34,040 nt of DNA from a virus, in UHGV virus genome UHGV-0159305, one strand, 5' to 3'. Each line of letters begins with the position of its first letter. Position 1 is the first letter of the stretch. Position numbers and translations under genes: made by a program. Below are positions 25,880 through 32,228 of this stretch, in pieces. The notes beneath the pieces were generated by a model. That model was given only the letters and a program-made list of their open reading frames with translations. It was not told where the DNA came from and ran no database searches.

Positions 25880-26565
25880 TGCTCCCCCTGCGGCTCCGGG
25901 TTGACTCCTGCCTCCCACTTGTCGATGACGGCGGACAGGGAGTCGGGGTCGTCCATGCTGGCGCCGGCGGCCTGCGCCTGCTGCCACACCTCGTTGGCGT
26001 CCCGGCCGGTCTCGTGGCAGTAGTCCATGAGGATGGTGCGGGTCATGTCCCGCTGCGTGTGGTCCTGTGCGGGCTTCTGCGGGGCGTTCTGTGCGGGCGT
26101 GGACTCCAGTTCCTCGGGCGTGTATACGGTGCCCGCAAGGGCGTCAGACGCGCCCTGACGGCACACCTCGGTGATGGCCCTAGCGCGGAGCATCTGCCTC
26201 GGGTACTGCTGCCATGGTCCGCGGCTTCCCCACAGGCCAGCGGCCTGCGCCTTGCTCTTGTCCCAGGTGACGGTGAACTCGTAGTCGGTGTCGTCGGCGC
26301 GGATCAGGGTGGCGGTCACGGAGTCGCCGTCCTCGCGGAGGCGCAGCTTGTGTCCGGCGCGGCGGACTACGGCGCCCATCAGGTCCGCGGACATCGTCAT
26401 CTTGCCGCGAGCCACGACCATCGACTGCATCACCTGCGTGTACGGGACGCCCAGCGCGTCGCCGATGTCCATGGCCCACACAATGTCAGCGGGCTTGCCC
26501 CGGTACTCGGCGGGGATCAGTGAGGACTGGGCGACGATCTTCGCGTGCTCGATGCGGTCTGTCAT
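25876..26565 (-). CDS. recT: RecT-family ssDNA annealing protein
   Basis: The ORF-track ORF 25876..26631 was trimmed to the ATG at 26565, with GAAAGGAA 7 nt upstream and an ATGA overlap with the upstream gene. The N-terminus shows the RecT pattern (AQSSLIPAEYRGKPADIVWAMDIGDALGVPYTQVMQSM..VV.GK). Confidence 0.7.
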   Translation of the reverse strand: MTDRIEHAKIVAQSSLIPAEYRGKPADIVWAMDIGDALGVPYTQVMQSMVVARGKMTMSADLMGAVVRRAGHKLRLREDGDSVTATLIRADDTDYEFTVTWDKSKAQAAGLWGSRGPWQQYPRQMLRARAITEVCRQGASDALAGTVYTPEELESTPAQNAPQKPAQDHTQRDMTRTILMDYCHETGRDANEVWQQAQAAGASMDDPDSLSAVIDKWEAGVNPEPQGEQ

Positions 26566-26864
26566 TGAGGTGTTCCTTTCGTTATTGTGCCGAGAAGTTG
26601 GCTGGCTACGTCCGCGGGGTGGGCGTCGCATTGGTATGGCATATCGACGGTTGAGCGGCCGGCGTACATGGTGACTCCGGCCCGCCCTACATGGACGGTC
26701 ATGAGGTCTCGGTCACCCCAGTAAATGTACAGGGTTGCGGCCTCACTGTCAACTAGGGGCTCTTCGACGAGATAGTCGGGGCCGGGGTGGTCGCGGAGGC
26801 AGACGTCGGCGATGACCTTCGCCATGGCGATCCGGTCCGCGACACCGGCGTGACGGCCGATCAT
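26562..26864 (-). CDS. hypothetical protein
   Basis: 100-aa ORF coupled to its neighbours by ATGA overlaps at both ends. Confidence 0.45.
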   Translation of the reverse strand: MIGRHAGVADRIAMAKVIADVCLRDHPGPDYLVEEPLVDSEAATLYIYWGDRDLMTVHVGRAGVTMYAGRSTVDMPYQCDAHPADVASQLLGTITKGTPQ

Positions 26865-27145
26865 GACCGCCCCTCGCGGGCGTCATTGAGGGCCTCGCGG
26901 ATCGCGTTGTAGATGGCGTCCTTGGTGCCGTTCGGGTCGCACGCGTAGCGGCTGCCACCGGCGTCGAGGGTGTACAGACCGTCCTCGTCTACGCCGGCGA
27001 CCATGTTGCCTCGCTCAGTGCGGGCCTCGATGTACGGGGACCCGTAAGTGGTGCGCCGGAACGCGGCGTACTCGCCCTGGCCGAGGTGGTTGCGGATCGC
27101 CTCGAGGAGGGGCATGAGAAGGCGGGCCTGGTACAGAGGTGACAT
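26861..27145 (-). CDS. hypothetical protein
   Basis: 94-aa ORF with RBS GAAAGGAA 6 nt upstream of the ATG at 27145. Confidence 0.45.
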   Translation of the reverse strand: MSPLYQARLLMPLLEAIRNHLGQGEYAAFRRTTYGSPYIEARTERGNMVAGVDEDGLYTLDAGGSRYACDPNGTKDAIYNAIREALNDAREGRS

Positions 27146-27324
27146 TGGTGGTTCCTTTCAGCTGTGGCGGATGTTGATTGTCTGGATGCGCCCGGTGGCC
27201 GGGTCGGTGTAGGAGACGTGCTTCCAGTCGGCCATCTCAGCTCGTTCGACGCGGCGCCTGTACCTGGCGGCTGCGGCCTTCGCCGACTCGGACCGATTCT
27301 TCATTGCGGTGTTCTGTGGGATTC

Positions 27325-27615
27325 TCATGGCAGTGGTAGGTTTCTCAAAATGTTTTCCGCGCCGGCTTCGGCGTTCTTGTATTCAAATACCGGGGCCTGC
27401 GGGAGCGGCTTATTGGACGAGGCGACAACGATATTGAGGTCATTGTTGATGACCGCTACGCCGCGGCCTGGAATCACGATTGCGAACTTCTGGACATTCC
27501 CCATCGCGGACATCACGGTGACCGGCTTGGCCTCGGCGGGGAATCCGCGGCGACCGATCTCCTTCGCGATGTCGTTGGCCATGGACCAGGGGTCCTTCTT
27601 CTTGTGCCAGAGCAT
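27325..27615 (-). CDS. hypothetical protein (96 aa; MLWHKKKDPWSMANDIAKEIGRRGFPAEAKPVTVMSAMGNVQKFAIVIPG...)
   Basis: This is the real C-terminal third of the spurious-looking ORF 27325..27993. It starts at the ATG at 27615, overlapping the upstream stop (TGATG), with RBS GAGGAG 5 nt upstream. Confidence 0.4.
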   Translation of the reverse strand: MLWHKKKDPWSMANDIAKEIGRRGFPAEAKPVTVMSAMGNVQKFAIVIPGRGVAVINNDLNIVVASSNKPLPQAPVFEYKNAEAGAENILRNLPLP

Positions 27616-27908
27616 CAGTTCTCCTCGAGGGAGAGGAAGCCTCCAACGATTCGGCCGGAGTCCTTGAACGCGATCGGGTAGGAGACGTGGGCGCCGAGCT
27701 TCGACACGTACACGATGCGGTTGTGGTGGACGGCGACCTTCGCGGTGCAAGTGGTGCTGCCATTCTCGGCGATGGCGACCACGGCGGCGCCCGGGTAGCC
27801 GGCCCGGCCGACCTCGGTGGCGACAGCGCCGTAGCCGATCGTGTTCTCGCGGACCCACTTGGCGATGAGGGTCGCGGTGTCGTTCTGGGCGGTGGCTGAC
27901 AGGTACAT
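27615..27908 (-). CDS. hypothetical protein
   Basis: 97-aa ORF with RBS GGAAGGAA 6 nt upstream. Its amino-acid composition is plausible, unlike the overlapping ORFs in the other two frames. Confidence 0.45.
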   Translation of the reverse strand: MYLSATAQNDTATLIAKWVRENTIGYGAVATEVGRAGYPGAAVVAIAENGSTTCTAKVAVHHNRIVYVSKLGAHVSYPIAFKDSGRIVGGFLSLEEN

Positions 27909-27952
27909 AGGGTGTTCCTTCCTGGGGCTGTAGGAGCGTTTCTGAGGGCTGT

Positions 27953-28213
27953 TCAGCGGGTGGCTGTCGCCTGGTACCGGGGCTGGGCTGCAAGGGCCTC
28001 AGCGTGGCGGAGAGTGGCCTTCCTGCGGTTGCTGGACCGGGTGGCCTTGATGGCGACGGGCAGTCCGATGATCAGGGCCGGGACGGTAGCCGGGCCAACC
28101 CCGCCGGCGAGGAGGCCGGCGACCGCGCCGAGCACGACGACGATCGAGATGGTGGCGACCCAGGTGATCAGGGTGGTGGCTGCCTTGCTGGGGAGCTGGG
28201 TGGCGGCGTTCAT
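27953..28213 (-). CDS. small membrane protein (2 predicted transmembrane helices)
   Basis: The ORF-track ORF 27953..28273 was trimmed to the ATG at 28213 (MNAATQLPSK...), with AAGGAGGAA 4 nt upstream. It is the first gene of the leftward operon. Confidence 0.5.
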   Translation of the reverse strand: MNAATQLPSKAATTLITWVATISIVVVLGAVAGLLAGGVGPATVPALIIGLPVAIKATRSSNRRKATLRHAEALAAQPRYQATATR

Positions 28214-28636
28214 TTGGTTCCTCCTTGGTTGACCTGATGGGATCAATGTACGGCGTGTCGACACACCGGTCAACCCATGTCGCCGTGACGTTGGTCACCG
28301 TGTAGGGAGGTGGGTAGGGGTATCAAAATGAGCCGACCCACCCGGCTCAAAATGAGCCCCAAACCTTATCTAAGAAGATAAACACCCCCCTACCCCCCAC
28401 GACGCGGGTCGGGGGCGCATCCCAGGCCCGACACCCGCCGGCGCCGGCGGCGGACAGCTGTGGACGAGGCACCGCCCCGCACGGGCGGCACCTGCTACTG
28501 TTGACCCGTTGGTTGACAGCTGGCCGGGTTTTCGTTGTGTTCCTACCGGCCAGCCGGGGCCCGGGTTGAGCCACGAAGCTCCCCGGGCCCCCACCAACAG
28601 GCCAACAGGAACACAGCACAGGACAACGGAGAAGAC
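28214..28636. promoter_or_regulatory. divergent control region between the leftward early operon and the rightward replication operon
   Basis: A leftward promoter candidate has -35 TTGACC (28273..28268), a 17-nt spacer and -10 TACATT (28250..28245). The 10-bp perfect palindrome GTGTCGACAC (28255..28264) lies in its spacer. Further elements are the palindrome GTGACgttgGTCAC (28285..28298), direct repeats TCAAAATGAGCC at 28323 and 28347, the AT-rich palindrome TTATCTaagaAGATAA (28366..28381), and tandem TTGACc/TTGACA at 28501 and 28513. Confidence 0.55.
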
Positions 28637-29440
28637 ATGGAGTACTACAACACTCAAGTCATCGGGGCCATCAACATCCGCCCCTACTGGAGAACGCGCG
28701 ACCTCACCGGCGCGGACATCGCCACCCTCACCGCACTCTGCACCTGGTGGAACTGCGAGCGCATCTACCCCTCCAAAGACGCCATCCAGGCCCGCTCCGG
28801 CCAGTCGCGTGCGGCGACCACCCGAGCCCTCGCCCGCCTCACCGAACTCGGCATCATCGAAACCCGCCACACCGCAGGCAACACCAACGAATACGCCATC
28901 CACCTCGACGCTCTCCTCAACCACGACGGCCTCGTAGCAGCAGGCGCCAGCAGCCACGACCGCCTCACCGAACGGCCCCACACCTACAAGCCGCTCACCC
29001 CCGTCGCAGACCGAGTCACCGAAGACGACATCGCACGTGCGCGAGCCAGGCACGACAAGGCTGCAGCCAAGAAGCAGGCGCAGAAAGCGCAGGAAGCCCA
29101 GGAGCGAGCCGAATTCAACAAGGTGTACCCGGGCACCAAGGCGACCATCAGAGACTGGCAGAAAGCCCGACAGCACGCCGAGGCACGGGAAATCACCGAC
29201 GGTGCCAAAGCGTACGCAGACCAGTGCCGCCGCAGGGAAACCCCAACCCGCTACATCCGCACCGCACGCCGCTGGCTCGAAGACCACGACTGGGAGAACT
29301 ACCAACCCACCCAGCCAGCCGACACTACCGACCGACTCGGCAACCCCCACATCAACGACGCCGACCTCGTCAACGCCGAAGCCACCCCTGAACTCATGGC
29401 CAACATCGCAGCCATGTGGGACAACGCAACCAACAACTGA
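28637..29440 (+). CDS. replication initiator / helicase-loader-like protein with winged-helix DNA-binding domain
   Basis: The ORF-track ORF 28535..29440 was trimmed to the ATG at 28637. An N-terminal wHTH-like segment (IATLTALCTWWNCERIYPSKDAIQARSGQSRAATTRALARLTELGIIE) is followed by a charged coiled region. It lies immediately upstream of DnaB. Confidence 0.5.
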   Translation: MEYYNTQVIGAINIRPYWRTRDLTGADIATLTALCTWWNCERIYPSKDAIQARSGQSRAATTRALARLTELGIIETRHTAGNTNEYAIHLDALLNHDGLVAAGASSHDRLTERPHTYKPLTPVADRVTEDDIARARARHDKAAAKKQAQKAQEAQERAEFNKVYPGTKATIRDWQKARQHAEAREITDGAKAYADQCRRRETPTRYIRTARRWLEDHDWENYQPTQPADTTDRLGNPHINDADLVNAEATPELMANIAAMWDNATNN

Positions 29441-29461
29441 CACACCAGACAGGGAACACAA

Positions 29462-30715
29462 ATGGAAACCACTACCCTCGAACAGTGCCTCATCGGCTCA
29501 GCCCTCGCCGGCAACGAAGCGCAAACCGACACCACCTGGGCCACCACCCCAGACATGATCGCCAACACTAGGTACGCCACCATCTGGGGAATCATCCGCG
29601 ACCACTGGGCAATGGGCAGAATCCCCACCCCGGCGTCAGTCCTCGCGGAGGTGCGACGCCCGGCCACCGGCGAAGACATCCTCGACTGCGTCCACGCCTC
29701 AGTGAACCCCACAGACGCAGACCACTACGCCCGCCTCGTCCAAGAAGCCTCCGCCAAACGGGACGTCCATGACGTACTCACCCGCGCCGAGCAGCTCCTC
29801 CAGGGCGACTCCACCGCCGCCGAGGTCGCCTCATGGGCGCAGTCTCACATCGGATCCGCCGCCCCCGACGGTGACACCGTCTCCATGCCCTCCCTTGTCG
29901 ACCAGTGGTACACGGCGAGGAAGGCTACCGGTGTCCGCACACCATGGACCGCAATCAACGACATCATCGGCATGCACCGGGACGGCGGCCTCCACGTCAT
30001 CGGTGCCCGACCCGCAGTGGGCAAGACCCTGTACGGCTTGTACCTCGCGTCCTGCGCCGCACGCAATGACAGGCACGTCCTCTACGTATCCATGGAAATG
30101 CCCGCCCGTGAACTCCTGCCTCGACTGCTGTCCCAGGCCACCGGCATCGCACTGAAGTACACGACCAGGGAGGAGCAGGCACCCGCCGACGTCGCTGACA
30201 TCCTCAACCGAGCAGCAGCCCAAGTCGCCGCCATGCCGATCCACATCAGCGACAAGGCCGGCATGTCCGTCGAACAGGTCGCAGCATCGGCCCGCACGCT
30301 CCACCACAAGAAGAAGCTCGGCGCGGTCGTCATCGACCACATGCAGCTCCTCGCCCCGTCCCGCGGTGTGCCCGGCTCCTCGCTCCGAGAGGTAGTCACC
30401 TACCAATCCAGGGCGCTCAAGGAACTGGCCCTCGAACTGGACGTCCCAGTGTTCGCCCTGTCGCAGCTGTCCCGTGCATCCGAGATGAGAGACGACCTCG
30501 CCCCGAAGCTCGCCGACCTCCGCGAGTCAGGCAGCATCGAGCAGGACGCGGACACTGTCACCCTCCTCAGCCTGCCTGTCCGTAACGGCGTCCCCGACCG
30601 GACGCGACTCGCCGTATCCGTAGCCAAGAACAGGCACGGCGCAACCGGCGACGCGGAACTCATCCGCCAGCCCGCCATGGCCGTGCTCGCAGAACCTACC
30701 CGAGAAGGCCACTGA
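29462..30715 (+). CDS. dnaB: DnaB-family replicative helicase
   Basis: 417-aa ORF with Walker A GARPAVGKT, SMEM, VVIDHMQLL, ALSQLSRASE and LRESGSIEQDAD, matching DnaB motifs H1-H4. Confidence 0.85.
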   Translation: METTTLEQCLIGSALAGNEAQTDTTWATTPDMIANTRYATIWGIIRDHWAMGRIPTPASVLAEVRRPATGEDILDCVHASVNPTDADHYARLVQEASAKRDVHDVLTRAEQLLQGDSTAAEVASWAQSHIGSAAPDGDTVSMPSLVDQWYTARKATGVRTPWTAINDIIGMHRDGGLHVIGARPAVGKTLYGLYLASCAARNDRHVLYVSMEMPARELLPRLLSQATGIALKYTTREEQAPADVADILNRAAAQVAAMPIHISDKAGMSVEQVAASARTLHHKKKLGAVVIDHMQLLAPSRGVPGSSLREVVTYQSRALKELALELDVPVFALSQLSRASEMRDDLAPKLADLRESGSIEQDADTVTLLSLPVRNGVPDRTRLAVSVAKNRHGATGDAELIRQPAMAVLAEPTREGH

Positions 30716-30732
30716 CAGCCACGCAGACAAGC

Positions 30733-30769
30733 GAACGCCCCCCGCCCGGTACTCGGGTAGGGGGCGTTC
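30733..30769 (+). terminator. stem-loop terminator after dnaB (GAACGCCCCC...GGGGGCGTTC, ~15 bp pairing)
   Basis: Read directly from the sequence, 18 nt after the dnaB stop. Confidence 0.6.
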
Positions 30770-30863
30770 CCGTTGGGCCGGCAGCGGCGCTCACACAGCC
30801 TCCGTGTACACAGGGGGGACGAGTACCATAAGAACACCCGCACCAACCAATAGGAGACCGCAC

Positions 30864-31076
30864 ATGACCCGCACTCTCTACATAGTCGCCGCCGTCGCAG
30901 GCGCCCTCTCCGCCATCCACGCCGCACTCCTCTGGTATGCAGGCCTCACCACCGGGGAACTCGACATCTCCACCAGCCTCCTCTGGACGGTCGTCTCCGC
31001 CGTCTGCCTCGCATCCCTCCGCCCCATCCGCTGGGCCAGGAAGCACGGCAACCACCCAGGCTTCCACCGCCGCTAA
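30864..31076 (+). CDS. small membrane protein (2 transmembrane helices)
   Basis: The ORF-track ORF 30804..31076 was trimmed to the ATG at 30864 (MTRTLYIVAAVAGALSAIHAALLWYAGL...), with RBS GGAGA 7 nt upstream. Confidence 0.45.
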   Translation: MTRTLYIVAAVAGALSAIHAALLWYAGLTTGELDISTSLLWTVVSAVCLASLRPIRWARKHGNHPGFHRR

Positions 31077-31083
31077 CCACCAA

Positions 31084-31118
31084 GGATCCCCCGACACCAA
31101 CACGGTGCCGGGGGATCC
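31084..31118 (+). terminator. stem-loop (10-bp stem GGATCCCCCG / CGGGGGATCC, 15-nt loop)
   Basis: Read directly from the sequence, 8 nt after the stop of 30864..31076. Confidence 0.5.
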
Positions 31119-31234
31119 GTCCACCTCCATGCAATCACCGCACCACCCAACAACCGACAGGGACCTTGTACCCAGGTAGACCGGGTGGCCCATTCCCGCG
31201 CCCGCGCCCCGTTGGGGCTATGACACCAAACCCA

Positions 31235-31430
31235 TAGATATCTAGGTAGTAGACAGTAGGCGCCTGTGGATATGTGGACAACCCCGCCTACCGTTGCAAC
31301 CCCAACGCCCACCACCCCACAACCACCTGTGGATAACTCGAGGGGCGCAGTGGATTACCTGTATGCACAACCACTTACCCACAGGTTATCCACAACCAAT
31401 CCACAAGGCTTCCCACCCGGTTACCCACAT
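31235..31430. promoter_or_regulatory. origin-like DnaA-box / iteron cluster, preceded by the AT-rich palindrome TAGATATCTA (31235..31244)
   Basis: Eight 9-mers fall within 165 bp, on both strands. Two are rc TTATCCACA (31328..31336; perfect) and + TTATCCACA (31386..31394; perfect). One is rc TTGTCCACA (31273..31281; the actinobacterial consensus). The 8/9 matches are rc ATATCCACA at 31265 and + TTACCCACA at 31375 and 31421. The 7/9 matches lie at ~31350 and ~31397. Several are extended to the 11-mer TTATCCACAGG. Confidence 0.5.
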
Positions 31431-31567
31431 GACCCAACACACAGGGGAGGGCTAAAGTCCCAGCCCGGGGTCAACCTTCAGACACCAGCAGCCCCCCAAC
31501 CACCCCCCACCCACCAAGGACCTAGACACACCACCCCACCACCCCACCGCCCCACTACCATAGGCGC

Positions 31568-32020
31568 ATGACATGGACCACCAGCGACCGACGGCAACGA
31601 CTCCCAAAAAACTGGAACCAAATCCGAAAACAAATACTGCAAACAACAAACGGAAAATGTGCAGGCCTCGCCGACCCCGGGTGGGGTACCGGGTACTGGG
31701 AGGATGGCCCCGCGGGCACCCCCTATGCCGGCCCCCGGTGGCACCACACCGACTGCACAACACTCGCCACAGATGTGGACCACATCCAACGAGGAGATTT
31801 AAACAGGTCAGGCAACCTCCAACCCCTGTGCCACGCCTGCCATGCCGCCAAGACCACCGCCGAGGTCCGTGCAATACACGCACACAAGACACGCATGCGA
31901 ACACGACCGACACCACAACATCCTTGCGACAAACAACAAAACAAAGCGAAACGAAACGAAAAGCAAAAACGAAACAAAACAAGCGAAACGCAAACCAAAA
32001 ACCGCGAACGCGAAATCTGA
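31568..32020 (+). CDS. HNH endonuclease (C-terminal ~45 aa is low-complexity translation of an A-rich tract)
   Basis: The HNH motif CAG...DVDHIQRGDLNRSGNLQPLCHACHAAKT is present. The reading frame runs on through the (GAAAC)n tract, giving a KQQNKAKRNEKQKRNK.. tail. Confidence 0.7.
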   Translation: MTWTTSDRRQRLPKNWNQIRKQILQTTNGKCAGLADPGWGTGYWEDGPAGTPYAGPRWHHTDCTTLATDVDHIQRGDLNRSGNLQPLCHACHAAKTTAEVRAIHAHKTRMRTRPTPQHPCDKQQNKAKRNEKQKRNKTSETQTKNREREI

Positions 32021-32050
32021 AACGAAACGAAAATCCGCTGCGAAAAAACG
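31928..32050 (+). repeat. purine/A-rich low-complexity tract with two copies of GAAACGAAACGAAAA (31948..31962 and 32019..32033) and related GAAAC units
   Basis: Read directly from the sequence. Roughly 60% A in a ~70% GC genome. It spans the HNH stop codon. Confidence 0.6.
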
Positions 32051-32070
32051 ACCGGCACCCCTGGCGGTGA

Positions 32071-32104
32071 CTCCCCCGCCCCCACACACGAAAGACCGGG
32101 GGAG
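32071..32104 (+). terminator. stem-loop (8-bp stem CTCCCCCG / CGGGGGAG, 18-nt loop)
   Basis: Read directly from the sequence, downstream of the HNH stop and the A-rich tract. Confidence 0.4.
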
Positions 32105-32228
32105 ATAGCAACTCCGCGGCTGGATGCTCCTTGCCACACGTTTTCCCCGTGACGACCGCCACTCGACCGGCCCGTTACCCTGGAACCAACCACCCCGACC
32201 CGACGGGGTGCAACAGACAGGAGGGCAG

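Noticed and set aside
27164-27667. 167-aa + strand ORF, plus 27440..27763 (-) and 31452..32162 (-)
   Set aside because: These are low-complexity translations antisense to, or out of frame with, supported genes. None has an RBS. The minus ORF at 31452..32162 is merely the T-rich complement of the A-rich tract (FRF repeats).
27325-27993. 222-aa minus-strand ORF
   Set aside because: Only its last 96 codons look protein-like. The upstream 126 codons (Pro/Arg/Gln-rich) overlap the well-supported gene 27615..27908 in another frame. Hand indexing of its stop disagreed with the ORF track by 1 nt, so hand-derived coordinates in the features carry a +/-1 caveat.
28320-28381. Tiny ORF ATGAGCCGACCC...AGATAA (17 aa) within the AT-rich part of the control region
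   Set aside because: It is too short and has no RBS. The ATGAGCC repeats are more parsimoniously protein-binding direct repeats.
31573-32070. Alternative 165-aa ORF starting 5 nt after the HNH ATG in another frame
   Set aside because: Its translation is low-complexity (PKKLEPNPKTNTANNKRK...) and is driven by the A-rich tract. The overlapping frame carries a textbook HNH motif.
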